Shown in pieces: positions 48,280-63,135 of a stretch of 64,000 nt of DNA. The DNA comes from the human T2T-CHM13v2.0 reference genome, Homo sapiens. Location: assembly GCF_009914755.1 (NCBI RefSeq), contig NC_060925.1. The stretch is one strand, 5' to 3'. The position numbers and the translations under genes are program-made. Each line of letters begins with the position of its first letter. Within the stretch, counting starts at the first letter, position 1. The notes below the pieces were generated by a model. The model was given only the letters and a program-made list of their open reading frames with translations, made no database searches and was not told the origin of the DNA.

Positions 48280-49890
48280 TTGTTCATTTAACGAGTATTT
48301 ATTGAGTGCCTACCATGTACAGAGCACTATATAGAAGGCATAATCTCACTGGAGATACTAGTCAGCTCTTTTTCTCAAGGTGCTTACATTCTAATGGGTG
48401 AGACAGTCAGTCAAAGAGACAATTATTATTGACTATGAAGTGCCCAGCAGGAAATGGTTAGGGTGCTCTGATAAGCAGTCATAGCGAGGGACCTTGATAA
48501 AGTAGTTAAAAGAGATGTCTTTGAGGAAGTAATTTTTAAGCTGAGATCTGAAGGTTAAGAAGGAGCAAACCATGCAAAGAACATTGCATGAAAGGGTGGA
48601 AACAGGCTTGATTTGTTCCAAAAATTGCAAGGGGGCCAGTGTGAGTGGAATAGTGAGCAGGAAGGATAGGCCCGAGATAAGATCGGATAGATACACAGAA
48701 GCTAGTTTTATTGGGATTTGTTCATTACGGTAAGGCTTTTTTTGTATTTCATTCTTAGTAAAGTCAGGAGCTGTTGACAATATAGCTTTACAGATGTTTA
48801 TTTCTTACTTAGGCTACATATTCATCTTGCCATCATATCCTAGGTCTGGAACCCAGACTAACGGAGTAGCCACTACCTGGAACATCATGACCATCATGGC
48901 AGATGAAGAGAAAAAGGTGAAGTGCATGTTGGCTCTTAAAGCTTCTGCCTGAAGTGATACATACCACTTTTGCTCCCATCTCCTTGACCAAAGAAGGTCA
49001 CATGCCCCACCTAACTTCAGAAACCTAACATGTACCAGAAGGAGAAAGCAGAGTGGGAATATTCGTGAAGAGAACTGATGACCACCAGAAGGGCTGCAAA
49101 CGGGAATGAAATAATTTAAACTACCGCTGTAGCTGGTGTGTGGAGAATGTACTGGTGGCAGAGGGCTGGAGAATGGCTGTCTGGGTGCAAGAAAATGGCG
49201 TCCTGGACTAGGGTGTCAGTAGTAAGAGATAGATGTGGAAAAACAGGCAGAGGTAGAGCTGACAGAACTTGGTAACTGAATGTCAGGGGCAGGGCGGAGC
49301 GGGGTGGGGGAGCGGGTGGCAAGAATGACTTCTAGTGACGGGCCAGCCGAATGGTGGATCGTGACTGGACTGGCAGTGACACAAGCAGGTTTCAGGGGCA
49401 GTAGTTAAAATAAGTTCTGCTTTTGAAATTTTAACTTGGAGATGCCTGAGAGGTTTGCAAATAGAGATTAAGGAGAGGGTTGGATTTGATGAGCTTAGAG
49501 GTGAGGTCAGCTTGGAGATACACACTTAGAAGTCATGAATATATGGTTTGAATTTAAAGCTACAGGAATGGATATTACCTGGGTTGGGGAAAAGGAAGGT
49601 TAGGGTAATCCTTGAGGAACTTCAGTTTTTTGAGGTCTGGTAGAGGAGGACAAGGGGCCAGAGAGGTAGAGGGAGAACTCCAAGAAGAGATGGCCAAAAT
49701 GGGAATGGTCAACTATGTCACTTGAACTCAATAGAGAGGTCAAGTAGGATGATCTCTGAAAAGTGTCTACTGGGTTAAATTTGGCAACGCGAAAGTCACT
49801 GGTGACCACTGCAAAATCAGTTTCAAAACAAAACAAAAAAAAAAAACAGTGGAGCAGTAGGGATAAAAGCTATATTGGAATTGGTTTCAT
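48280..49890 (-). mobile_element. L2 fragments with an MLT1-like piece (about 48780-49090)
   Basis: TTCATTTAACGAGTATTTATTGAGTGCCTACCATGT (L2 tail, antisense), AAATTTGGCAACGCGAAAGTCACTGGTGACC; TTGACCAAAGAAGGTCACATGCCCCACCTAACTTCA (MLT1). Confidence 0.65.
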
Positions 49891-50451
49891 AAAGTTTTAT
49901 GAAAAATAGGAACAGAAGAGTTCCATTTGGTAGTGATATGCTCAGTTTCCAAGTGATGAATATAGAGCAAGCACATTAGCTAATACAGGTCTAAGCTAGG
50001 TCATCTTGCACATGCTGTTCTCTGTGCCTGCCCTCACTATTTTCCCCCTCCCCACTCTTGCCCCCCACCACACAGTTCACTTGGCAAATTCTCTTCACCC
50101 TTCAAGACCTACTTAGGTACCTTTGCTTTCAGGAAGCTGTCCTGGTTTGTTACACAGTAGAGCTAATCATTCCTTCCTGGTCATTTGTTTCTCTCTCCCA
50201 CCCAGTAGAGAGGTTCTTAAAGGAAAGGACTGCCTCTCATGCATCCATTTTGAGATCTCCAGCATAGTCTTGGCTTATTGTTGTTAAATGAATGAAGGAG
50301 ATAGGCGAGTAACAATTTTATATTCACAGAGGGAACATTTCTGAGGATGAGAGCCTAGTCACAGAATTGCATTCTCCGTTACAAAGACTTTTTGTAGCCC
50401 TGATGATGAAAGAGAACATTAAAAATTTTTCCCTTAGCCTAACTTTTCCTA

Positions 50452-50856
<405 letters not shown>

Positions 50857-51480
50857 GTTGCCTGGTGGGTTCTTTCTGCATTAAAATCATTAGTCTTGTT
50901 GCTGTACTTTTTCAGATGAATTCACACTCTCGGATTTCTACAATTTTTGTTGGATGTGTAGAGGAAAAATAATGGAAAGCATTGCTAGCATGTCAAGTCC
51001 ATGTAGAGGTGGGGGTATGACAAAGGAGTCACTGAGGAATTTCAGGTCAAAAAGTCCTGTCTCTGCCTCCTGGAAGCTAAGTTAGGGTAAGGCATTTAAG
51101 CCTCACCAGCATTTAGTTTTAGTTTCTGCCTCTGCAAAGGAGGGACACTGTTGAATTTTTTTTTTTTTTACAGTCAGTCTCATTAGACTGTATACATCTT
51201 GAATGCAGTAACTCTGTTACTCATCTCTGTGTCTCTAGTATTAATGCAGTGTCCACCAGAGCAGCATCAATAACTGTTTCTCGGACAAATAAGGGTTAGA
51301 CAATGATCATTAATGGTATTTTTAAATTGTAAAATACTTTGTGAAAGGGTCAATCACATATAAATATAAGTTCCCTCTGTTTTCCCCACATATGTCATCT
51401 TAGAAAAAAAATGAAATTAAATCCTACAATTAACAGCTTTATCTTCTGAAACTTTAGCAGTCTCAGAAAACAGTACATTT

Positions 51481-51792
<312 letters not shown>

Positions 51793-52053
51793 TTAGAACA
51801 GCCTGGTATAATGGGAAAACTTTGGGGCCCATCAGATGTGAGTTTTGTTTCTACCTTTGGCACTTACACAACTTTGGGACCACCTTGAGCTAATAACAAG
51901 GAAAGACTCTGAGACTTTCTCCCTCTGTGAAAAGGGACTCATAATGTCTGCCTTCCTGGTTGTTAGGAAGATGAGCAATTGCAGTTGTAATATGTCAAGC
52001 ACATAGTAGGTACTGAGTAGATGCTGCAAAATGTTATTTAAGGAATTTTTTAA

Positions 52054-52428
<375 letters not shown>

Positions 52429-52499
52429 TGAGGACAATTTGCTTTTATTAACTGTTTACATCCTTATGTTTTCCTCAAGAACCATTAAAATTTAATGGT

Positions 52500-53700
52500 C
52501 TCTATACTTAAGTGAATGGATATAGAATTATTTAGTTTGACTTTCAGAAGGTTTGCATTTTAGCCGAAGATTTAATTCTAGCTGCCCATGCCATGATTAC
52601 TTTTTGAACAGAAAGAAGTCACTTGATGTTATTGACTAGGAAAAAAAATGGTAATCAGCCAGATGGTACCTCTGGGCAAATTACTCTGTGGGAGTAAGCT
52701 TGTTTAGAAACCACACTGATATGAATTAGGAATGTTGAGTATGGTACTAAACAGCTAATGAGGGGCCTGAAAGATTTATGAGCTATTAGGAACCACAGCC
52801 ATATCTGGCCAAATTTTAGAGTTTTTCTCAATAGAGAGTTACAAAATCTTCTGGAACAGTCTCGTATTATATCTATCTGGAGACTGCTGCGAACAAACAG
52901 CTCTTTAGTTCTTGGTAAGAACAAAGAATATTGGGCCAGATTTCTGGCCCCTAAGAAATGTGGAGTCTGTTCCATTTGGCTGGAAGTTTAGTTTGGTATG
53001 GAATTTTAGCCAGACTTCTAGGGGAAATAATTTTTTAAAAATGTAATGAAAGCTTATTGCAAAAAGTCATGTGCATTTGGTCTATCTATTCTATTAATGG
53101 TCATTTAAACACTTTGTAAATATTCACAGTACTGTTTCCAGCAGCATGTAGTAAGTGCTTGACCTTTTTGTTTCTGAATTTATGGCCATAAACTTTTATG
53201 TAGAACTGGGGGAAATTGTAGTCTGCTGTTTATTTAAATTGCAGATAGTTGTCTAACCAACTACCAAACAGTGATTTTTTTTCTCTCTCTGGAAGTTGTT
53301 GTGTGATTCACCTTTTAGAATATGGCACCTTCTGTTGTGTACAGAGCACTCTGTTCAAGATTAGACACTTTATTAGAACAGAAATAGAAAATAACTTGAC
53401 ACGAAGACACAGTAGTATAGGAACAATTGACTAGGCAGGCTGAAAGAAGACTTAAGCTTGGCAAAATGATACCCAAACGCAGGGTGTGATATCAGTTCAC
53501 GAATATTCGAGAGATGGAAAGACCAAAGAGGGAGAGGAATTATTTTGCTTAGTTATTAGAAGTAAGGGGAAGGAATATAGAAAGAGAAATTTCAGACTGA
53601 ATACCATTGAATTTCCAGACAATAAAAATCGGTCATGAGTGGACTAGAAGCTCCAACCACAGAGATGCTTCTAGACCCACAAGGCAAAAACAGGGCATTT
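52500..53700 (+). mobile_element. Possible very old L3/CR1 LINE remnant
   Basis: TTTGACTTTCAGAAGG..TTTG, GAGGGAGAGGAATTATTTTGC and AAATTTCAGACTGAATA..AATTTCC.GACAATA resemble CR1 RT/3' motifs; highly degenerate. Confidence 0.4.
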
Positions 53701-54261
53701 CATTGTGGGAGATGTACCTTAATAGTGGCTGAAAGATCATCTGAACAGGAGAAAGTGGTATTTCATTGACAGCCGCTCTTGAGGGTTTCTCCGTTTGCAG
53801 TTACCAAAATCTTTTTTTCTTCTATATGCTAGAAAGAAGACTTGAGATCTTTTTGCTTACTTGTTTATACCCTGACTGGTTCATAACTTAATTTGGAAGA
53901 AACATGACATACCTTTGGAAGAAACAGTCTTCAAAAGAAATGAGAATTCAAAAGCTTCAAGTTTTTGTAGTATGAAAGTAGTCTGAATTTGTTTTTTGTC
54001 TTTTTTTCATCCATTTTTATTTAGCTTAAGGTAACAGCTAGTTGGCTGGCTACAGTGTGGGAGACAACTCTCACTGGAGTTGGAACCTGAAGACTGAGTT
54101 TGAATTCTGACTCAAGCACTCATTAGCTGGGTCACCTGAGCAAGTTGCATATCCTCCCTGAGCACCCCTTTTCCAAAATAATGGGGCAATAATACCATCA
54201 TGTTTGCTGTGAAGATCAAGTGAAACAGTGTGTGGGAAAGTGTGTACCAGTTTTAGTTATT

Positions 54262-54872
54262 CATGTTTGTTTTATTTTCTATTGTTGATGAAACAAATGA
54301 TCACAAAGTAGTGATCATAAATTTATTATCTAACGGTTCTGTAGCCTAGAAGTCTGGTTGAGTTTGACTGGTTTCTTTGCTCTGGGTCTCACAAGGCTGA
54401 AGTCAAAGTATTGCTGCCCTGGGCTCCTATCTAGAGGCTCCAGGGGAGAAGGTGGCTCTGCTCCCACATTCATTCAGATGCTGGCAGAATTCTGTTTCAT
54501 GCCGCTGTAGGACTGAAGTCCCTGTACCATTCCTGGCAGCCTACGGGTGTTTCACTTTCTAGAGGCTGCCTTATTCCCTAGCTTATGACCCTCTTCATCT
54601 TTAAAGCTAGTCAAGTCCTTCTGATGTTTCAAATCTCTCTGACCTCCTCTTCTGCTTCATCTTCTCTCTCTCCAGCTAGAGAAAGTTCTCTGTTTTTTAG
54701 GGCTCATGTGATTAGGCCCACCAGGGTAATCCAGAATATGCTCCCTATTTTGAAGTCCGTAACCTTAGTTACATCTGCAAAGTCACTTTCATCATGTAAC
54801 ATATCCAAAGGTTTTAGGGATTAAGGTGTGGATATCTTTGGGGCGGGGTTGGGGGGTATTCTGCCTATCACA
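54262..54872 (-). mobile_element. MLT1 (D/E-like) MaLR LTR
   Basis: AAATTTATTATCTAACGGTTCTGTAG, GGGTCTCACAAGGCTGAAGTCAA, ATTAGGCCCACCAGGGTAATCCAG, ACATCTGCAAAGTC, ends CTGCCTATCACA. Confidence 0.8.
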
Positions 54873-57389
54873 GTGGTATTTTAGGGTGAGAGAGGAGAGC
54901 TTGCAGAACATGAGATTCTTGCCCTGGAGGACTCACAATCCAGTGGGAGAAAGAGGAAAAACAGCAAGAAAGTTCCAATAATAAAGAGTCTGTATGAGAT
55001 GTTATAGCAGCCCAGGAGACTCCTTGTGTACTTGACTTGGACTGAAGATTTTTCATTATTCTCTTCTTGTTCCCTGGAGAGTCTTGCCTTCATCAAGGTC
55101 CTTCAGATGGAATTCATATACCCCAAACACCACCATGTGATTTGATTCCTTAAATGTCCAGAAAATCAAGCTGCTGCCATAGCTATTTGGGACTCTACTG
55201 CTTAATAAGATCTCAGCCCTCAGCTCAAAGTAGGAGGAATTATTTTCTTCTTTGATGATGAGGCATAACAAGAGCTCATTGTTCCTCATCTCCTGTTTCT
55301 CATCATCAAACCCCACTGAGAGCCTTCTTGTTCTTTACTCCTAGCTCTCTCTACCGTATCAATGTATGTCTTTCCTCCCTCCTCTTTGGAGTGTTCTTGT
55401 TTCTTATTGTTTTGAATTAGAAGGCACTTTCCCTGGGCAGTACAGAGGTTACTGTTTAATTCTTGCCACTTGTCATTTCTATTTTAATAATGTTTCCTGG
55501 CTATTTGGTCAGGTCTGGGTGATAGTTTTGCAGTAATAGCTACCATTTACTGAGCACTTACCATGTGACAGGTACTATGTAAAGTTCTGTACTTGCATTC
55601 TCCAATTTAGACATACTGTGAAGTGTAGGTACTATTTTTATATTCATTTGAACCTAGCTAGGATTTGAACCCAGCTCCAAGCTTAAAGCTTGTACTTGAC
55701 ACTATGTACTTCAGTAATATCAAACAGGAGCTGAAATTGAGGGGCAGCATGAAGGAATTGAAGCAGCACAAGTAGATTCAGGAAACCTCAATTTCAAACT
55801 CTGCCTTTACAATCCTTCTGAAAGAGGATTTGCTTCTAGAGCACCAAGGTTGCCTCCATTTTTCCACCAGAGACACTCAAAGTGATTCCTCCTGCAGCTT
55901 GTATCTATAGTAGCAGCCAACCACAAAGCACACATGGGCATTTGCTCAGCATTCCATAGAAAAGCCTATTTCTCTGGGAGGTGGTGGGTACTGGGTGTGT
56001 GGTGTGCCGTGTAGCGGGCCCCTGAAACACCTTGGCCTTAGCAGTTATAAGTATAGAGAATATCTTCCCCACAGGGCTAGGATGATTAAGATATTTTAAG
56101 GATTTAGGATGGTGCCTGTCATTTATTAGGCACTCAATATGTGCTGGCTCTCATTGTCCTAAAAGATTTTTAGTCCATGAGTATTCAAGCTAGTAGAATC
56201 CTGTCCTTTTAGCTCTACTTGAATCTAGGCTCAATGTTCAGGAGAAGACACGAGATGCATCTCTGTTGGTCCAGGTCCAATGCTGTGAATCACACCAACT
56301 CTTGTGAGTTTGAGCTCCAAAAGGACTGGAATTTGAGGCCAAAGAAGGCAAAATATTTTCCCTCCCCATTCTTGCTAAGTTCTTGGGTTGTTGGTGTAAT
56401 GGAAACAGACAGTCCTGGGTTCAAATCTAGACTCTACATTTGCCTGCTCAAGTTACCTGCCTGTTTCCATCATGGGAAGAACTTGGGCTGTGGAGAAGGG
56501 TAAACCTGGGGTCAAAACCCCAGCTCTGCCAGTGAATGGGCATTTTACTCAGTCAAGTATCCTTTCTGAGGCCATCTCTTTTCTATAAAGTGGGGCAGCA
56601 GCAGTTCTTCCTTTGCGGAGTTGTGAAGCAGAGCATAATGCATATGGTATAACCTCACGGGGGCGGCAGCCAGTGAAAAGTCTGGAGCTGCTTTACAGGG
56701 GCCATTCATTCATTCATTCATTCAGGTTAAGGTTGAGCAAGGGGTCCCACGTGTGACTTATGCATCCTTCTCCCTCTTCAGTGGGAGGACAGCCAGGTGA
56801 GGCAGCTGTGGATGCCCTGCCCACAGGCCAGAGCAGGTAAGGGGAGGAGGCTTGCTACACAGTGGAGGTGCCAAGTACCACCTAAGCCCAGCCGCATTGC
56901 CTGTTCCACCGCCGAAGCCCCTGGCGCCAAACAGTGTTGCTTCAGCTGGTAGTAGTTAATACTCCTTTACTTGGAAACATTTTCAGTTCCTGGGAGCAAT
57001 ATGGTGGTGTGAGGTCTCACTGTTCACCCGCCCTGTTTCTCTGTGACTGGGATCTGCATGTCCCCGACTCCGGCCCAATTTACCATTCTTCAAGGCTCAC
57101 CAGGCTGTGGGCCCAGGGCCAACAGGGATGGGAGTGGAGGGTGGGGTGGAGCGTGGGGAACTTTTCCGGGAAGAGGCCCAGCAGGGTCTTGGCTGGCGGC
57201 CCCATTAGCCACGGCCCAGGACCCCAGGGTGGGAGAGTGAACGGAAAGGTACTCGTGCCTGGAGCGGTTGCAACATCCTCTGTAATGAGGAAGATACAGC
57301 TCAGAGGCACTGGGTCGAAGGACCCCTCTCCCCAGCCCTCCTTTCAGGTGTCGGGGCCTAAAGGGGGTCCAGTTCCAGTGCGGAAGGCT

Positions 57390-58900
57390 GGGAACTAGGA
57401 AGCGTCGCGGACCAGACAGCCCGCCTTCCCGGTCTCCCGGGTGGGGGTTCGGGGGGCGTGGTGCGGCGGCCGGGGCTGAGAGGGGTCGGTGCGGCGGCTC
57501 TGCCTCCCCGGGAAGTGGGAACCGGCCAAGTCCCGAGCGGGGAGGGGCAGGCTTTCTCCTGCCCGCGCCTGGGGGGACCCTACGCCTGTGTCCGAAGGAG
57601 GCCGGCGTCCAGCAGATGCTCCCGGGGCGGGTGGGGAGTGGGGGAAGGGGGCGGGAGAGAGGCGGGGAGGAGAAAACCCACAACAAAACTTGCGTCGCGG
57701 AGAGCGCCCAGCTTGACTTGAATGGAAGGAGCCCGAGCCCGCGGAGCGCAGCTGAGACTGGGGGAGCGCGTTCGGCCTGTGGGGCGCCGCTCGGCGCCGG
57801 GGCGCAGCAGGTACAGGGCGCTGGCAGCCGGGGTGGGCCGAGGGGCCGGGGGCTGAGCCCGGGCAGCGCACTCAGACGTCCCCGCCTCTCCGGATGGCTC
57901 CAGCAGCTGCCTGGGGCGGGCCCGCCGCATCTCACCCCCTCTGTAGGACCCTGCACCCAGGGCACGGCCGGAGATCTCCTCCTCTGGAGTGCGACCCCTG
58001 CGCAGTCAGGACCCAGGCAGGGGCCTTCTCCTCTCTGAGCAGAGGCTGGTCCCCGTCCCCAGGCCCCTCCCGCTGCGCACATCTGGAAAGAATCTGAGGG
58101 CGGTTGGGGGCGGGGGCTGGAGTGGGAGGACGCCGGCGGGCGACAGGGAATGTGGGGGGCAGGTGGAACTGCGTAGGGGCGGGGACCCCTGTCATGAGAG
58201 CCTGGGCCCGAAGTATCCCCGCGTCTTTCCACGTCAACTCATCAGGCCCCCTAGCGACTCCAACCTCCACCTCTTTATAGATAGAGAAACTGAGGCCCAG
58301 AGAGGGGCAGAGGTCTGGCCCCAGGGCGCGTCGGACGCCGGGTGGGTCCCCTCCGGGGCTCGGCTTCCCCGGCCACTGTGCCGCCCCAGCTTAGTGCCAA
58401 CCACTAGTTGAGCTAAAGGTCTCAGCTGGCGGTCTGGAGTCCGTCTATCTGTCTACGCGGCTGCTTCCCAGCCGGGACAGCTGGAGGGAGGAAGGGGTGG
58501 GGGTCCGCGAAGCGCGAGGAGCGAGATCCGCGCCTTCCTGCGAATGAGGCAGAAGCCCCAGGTTCCAGGTCCCCGAGCCACAGCCCGGCCTGGGGCGGGG
58601 GACGAGATCTTGGCGTTGGAATACCTGACGCTCCGTCAGGTGGAAGAGGAGGTGGTGGCGGGGCTGCGAGGCTCCTGGCAGCCTCGGGGGCTGGGGCTAG
58701 GAGAGGCAGCCGCAGCCTTTTGGAGAGGAGCAGGCGCGGCAGCAAGGGGCGAGCACCCCGGCCCCGGTGCGCGCGGCACTGACTGAGCTGGTCCGGGAGG
58801 CGCGGAGGATGCTCACCCAGCGCTTGGAGTGAATTACTGACCTGTCTGCCCTTCGATTACCGGCTGGCCAGGGAAGGGGAAGCTGTGGTCTGCCCTGCTC
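57390..58900. promoter_or_regulatory. PODN: CpG island / PODN promoter with GC boxes
   Basis: Abrupt rise in GC and CpG density; GGGGCGGG Sp1 boxes at about 57624 and 57648, GGCGGGG at 57661; TATA-less. Confidence 0.9.
57722..57810 (+). CDS. PODN: PODN exon 1, upstream-ATG portion (N-terminal extension of the long isoform; exon probably starts near 57680)
   Basis: ATG GAA GGA GCC...AGC AG|gtacag gives MEGARARGAQLRLGERVRPVGRRSAPGRS(R), matching the remembered podocan long-isoform N-terminus; gene order SCP2-PODN agrees. Confidence 0.8.
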
Positions 58901-59061
58901 CACGAGGCGCCACTGGTGTGAACCGGGAGAGCCCCTGGGTGGTCCCGTCCCCTATCCCTCCTTTATATAGAAACCTTCCACACTGGGAAGGCAGCGGCGA
59001 GGCAGGAGGGCTCATGGTGAGCAAGGAGGCCGGCTGATCTGCAGGCGCACAGCATTCCGAG
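58872..59061 (+). other. PODN: PODN alternative 5' UTR exon
   Basis: gccag|GGAAGGGG...TTCCGAG|gtaggt, 190 bp; recalled from a PODN cDNA leader. Confidence 0.65.
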
Positions 59062-60574
59062 GTAGGTCACTCAGAAGAGCCCGTGGACTGCCCTGGGAAA
59101 GACCAGGGGGGACTGCTCTGGGGGTTCTGCTCCCTCATGTCCACTCTTAGGGCCCAAGACCCAGTCTACTCTAGCCTAGAGTGCAAGTTAAGAAATGTCA
59201 GAGTCACACGACTGTTTTCATGTCATCTGTGGGAGCACACTTTATCCCTTCTGTCTGAGTCTAGGATAGGGGATTACTAATGGTGGCACTTTTAGGCTTG
59301 GTGTAGTCATACATGCGAGTGCTGGCCGTGTCCTGCTTGGAACCCTTAATGAGTCCCTATCACCAACACTAGCATGGCGGTGGAGGCCCTTGGCCACCCA
59401 GGCCTCCCGCCCTGTTGACCCTTCCTTAAACACACGTCCCTCTCCTCTAGCCCCACCCCTACCTTTTGATCACACTCTACCTCTGCCTGGAGGGCTGTTT
59501 CTCCCACTCCGTCCACTTGGAGAACTCCCGCTCAGTCTTCAAGGCCAACTCAAGGCTCTGGGCAGGAGTCAGAAGACCCACATTTTACTCTTGGCCTTGG
59601 CTTTAACACACTAATTTGCAAACTGGGGGAGTCAGAGCAGATCATACTGCAGATCTTTAGATCTTTTCCAACTCTGCCTTTCACAAAGTCGTTCATTCAG
59701 CAAACATTTCCCCAGCACCCCCACTCCATGCTTGGGGAGACAGGGGAGGCCCAGCTGAGACTTGAAGGATAAAGCCAGCCAAGGTTGCTGTGGAAGCACC
59801 CAGAAACACCCTAACCCAGCCAAGGGGGCAGGAGAGGCTTCCCTGAGCAGGGGCATTTCAGCAGGAGCTTTCTAGGGATGGGCAGCAATGCCAGCCCTTT
59901 GTGCTTGAGCTCCAAATCTGCAGAATAGAAAGACGAACATGTAGTCCCAGGATTTCTATTAGAGTCAATAAGATGCAGCTGTTTGGGGCCCAGCACAGAG
60001 CAGGTGGTCAGTTGATTTGTACTGACTTTGAGTGGAGAAGGAAGGTAGTGCTGAGGGCTGAGGATCCGCCTCTTGATTTGGGGCTCCCTTTCCCTTCCTT
60101 CTTCTAGTCCTACCTTAACCTCACACTTTGGGCCTTGAGGTTTGGTTCCCTGGTAGTGGTCAGGGGAGACAGTGGGTCCCACTTACTTTCTCAGTAACAG
60201 TAACCCCTGGTATGTCACACCTATTTGATGCCAGCGGTGACAGGCTGAGACTGCTATTTCATTTAATTCTCACAAGTAGCTCCCAACTCCATTTCTTAGA
60301 CTAGTTAACAGAGGCTCGGAGCAGTAAAGTGGCTCATCCAGGCTTACACAGCAGTCAGAATTGGAACCCATGCCCTTCTGTCTCTAAAGCTCTCCATATG
60401 AGAAACACTCACTGCTGGCTGAGCTTCCCCGCTGTCCAGGGGTTTGAGATGTTCCTCACCAGGTGGACTTGAAACTCCTGGAGACCAGGGAGCTCCCCTG
60501 TTCTTCCCCACACACCTCCCACATGGCTGGGTACACAGAAGGGGCCTTGGGGGGCTTATCTTGCTCCATTCTTA

Positions 60575-60883
<309 letters not shown>

Positions 60884-61423
60884 TTAGACTCAGATGGGTC
60901 AGTGGTATGGCCAAGGTCACACGGCAAACCAGGTAGTAGGGCTGGACCTTCCCAGTGCCTCACAGCCCTGAGAGTGGCTGGCGAAGCTGGAGGGACCACT
61001 CTCCAAGCCCTGTCTGTCCTTCTTACCTCTTCCTCCATTCCTGCAGTCCAGCACCTCTCTCTCTGCCAGGGGCAGGCCCCTTAGCCCTCACCTGTCCCAA
61101 TTGCGCACCCTCGTGTCCACCCACAAACCTGCCTGTGTCACGCTCCTGCCTTTCAGTGGTCCTCGTCTTCCAGTGATAAGGACCACACTCCCTAACCTGC
61201 CCTTCATGTCTCTCCTTTGTGGCCTGGGCTTGTGGCGACTGTGCCTTTTTGTATCACTCCTAGTCCCTATCCCCCACCTGACAGTCTTGTGAGTGTGAAC
61301 TGTCTTGCCTCTGGGCCTTTGCACACATTGACCCCCTTGCTTGTATGACCCTTTCCCTTTTGCCTGGTAGTCATCCCTTAGAATGGGATTATAATACTCA
61401 GCTTATACATAATGCTGCAGACC

Positions 61424-62060
61424 AGCACTGTCCAATAGAAATGTAACGTGAGCCACAAATGCAAGCCACATATGCAATGCAAAATTTTCTAGAGGTCTTT
61501 TTTTTTTTTTTTTTTTTGAGACGGTCTCACTCTGTTACCCAGGCTAGAGTGTAGGGGTGCGATCACGGCTCACAGCAGCCTCAACCTCCTGGGCTCAGGT
61601 GATCCTCCCACTTCAGCCTCCTGAGTAGCTGAGACTACAGGTGCATGCTATCTCACCTGGCTAATTTTTTGTATTTTTTAGAGAGACGAAGTTTCGCCAT
61701 CTTGCCCAGGCTGGTCTCAAACTCCTGGGCTCAAGTGATCTACCTGTCTCAGCCTCCCACACTGGGATTTACAGGCATGAGCCACCTTGTCTAGTCAGAA
61801 GCCACATTTTAAAAAGTAAAATGAAACTGGTAACATTTATTTAACCTGTTCAAAATATTATCATGTAATCAATATAACAATAAATGGGATTTGATGTCAT
61901 TAATATTAATATTAATAAGGTATCCTACATTATTTTTTTGTACGACATCTTTGAGATCTATGGACACTACATTTTACACTTACATCTCCATGTGGACCAG
62001 CCACATTTCAAGTGCCCAGTAGCCACATGTGGCCAGTGGCTAATGGAGTGAACGGTGCAG
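61424..62060. mobile_element. MER33-like hAT element split by an AluJ
   Basis: CAGCACTGTCCAATAGAA..AAAATTTTCTAG / AGCCACATTTTAAAAAGTAAAA..GCCACATTTCAAGTGCCCAGTAGCCACATGTGGCCAGTGGCTA. Confidence 0.75.
61498..61796 (-). mobile_element. AluJ
   Basis: GATCACGGCTCAC.GCAGCCTCAACCTCCTGGGCTCAGGTGATCC. Confidence 0.9.
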
Positions 62061-62337
62061 CTGTGGGCCTCTGAAGGGCAGAAGCCACGCTGAGTCTTCT
62101 GTCTGGGTCCCCTGCTTCCTGTCATGCTTGGCCTAGGGGAGAGCAGCGTAGCATTGTTGATATGACGTGGGCTGGGAGCTCAGCTTTGCCACTTAACAGC
62201 TGTTCACTGGCTGACCCCATTGGGCTCAGCTCCCTGAGTTGTAAAGTGGTGATGATAACATTTTCAGTACGGTGCAGAATGTTAATATAAATTCAATATT
62301 TTTATTGATGCAGTTTACAGATTTTTACAGATACCAA

Positions 62338-62369
62338 ATGGAAGGCGAGGAGGCAGAACAGCCTGCCTG
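62338..62369 (+). CDS. PODN: PODN alternative small exon (about 62314-62369), coding part MEGEEAEQPA(W)
   Basis: ATG GAA GGC GAG GAG GCA GAA CAG CCT GCC TG|gtatgt; same phase-2 end as exon 1; matches the remembered alternative podocan N-terminus. Confidence 0.75.
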
Positions 62370-63135
62370 GTATGTGCACAGGATATGTGAGACCAGAGCT
62401 CCTTCCCCTGGATTCTTCTCCTTGGCCTTCTGCCCTGATTGAATTTGGGACCTGGGCCTGTGCCCACACTCTCGCTCTTAGAACCCCGGACTACAGTGGG
62501 GTCAGATGGGCAAGTGGCTAATGGCTGTTGAGCTGGCCGTGGAGTTTATGATGTGCTATGGGAATGATGGTCTGTAGACTGATGTTGGGTCAGGGGCAGG
62601 GGCAGCAGGGGTGTGGTGGAGTGAGCGTAGGGCTGGGCTGCTGTGGGAGCCAGTTGCTGCTGCCGACTGATCCCTGGAGCCTGGAAGCTGCAGGTGTGCC
62701 GGGCTCCCTGTTTCTCTGCCGGGCCAGTGGCTGAGACCTGAGTCTCCATCAACCATGTGGATCTGTAGGGTCAAGCAAGCCTGGCTGCCACCCCTCCTGT
62801 CTCCTCTAGGGCCTCCTACTCCTTGGGACCCCTTTTACGCTGCCCCCTCACCCCCAGTCTGGGTGGGCAGTGGTTATTGGTACCGGGGTCTGTTGTCCCC
62901 TCCAGATGGAGGACAGGGATCTTTTCCACCTCACCTGTGTCCCCAGTGCCCAGTACAGGCCCAGGCACAAATAGGCCCTTACTTCAGAGAACTGGGTGAA
63001 CCACCAAGTGAGACAAAGTGGTATCTGAACTCCCACAGCCACCACAGGGCAGCAGGAACTCAGAGGCGGCTACGATGTCTGCAACATCTTCTGGGAGGAG
63101 GTGGGCCTGGGATTGGGTCAGAAAGCCCAAACGAA

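Noticed and set aside
57090-58232. 380-aa minus-strand ORF and other long ORFs over the CpG island
   Set aside because: Non-ATG (GTG) start, low-complexity Pro/Arg/Gly/Ala content, and stop-codon scarcity expected in very GC-rich DNA; no domain recognised
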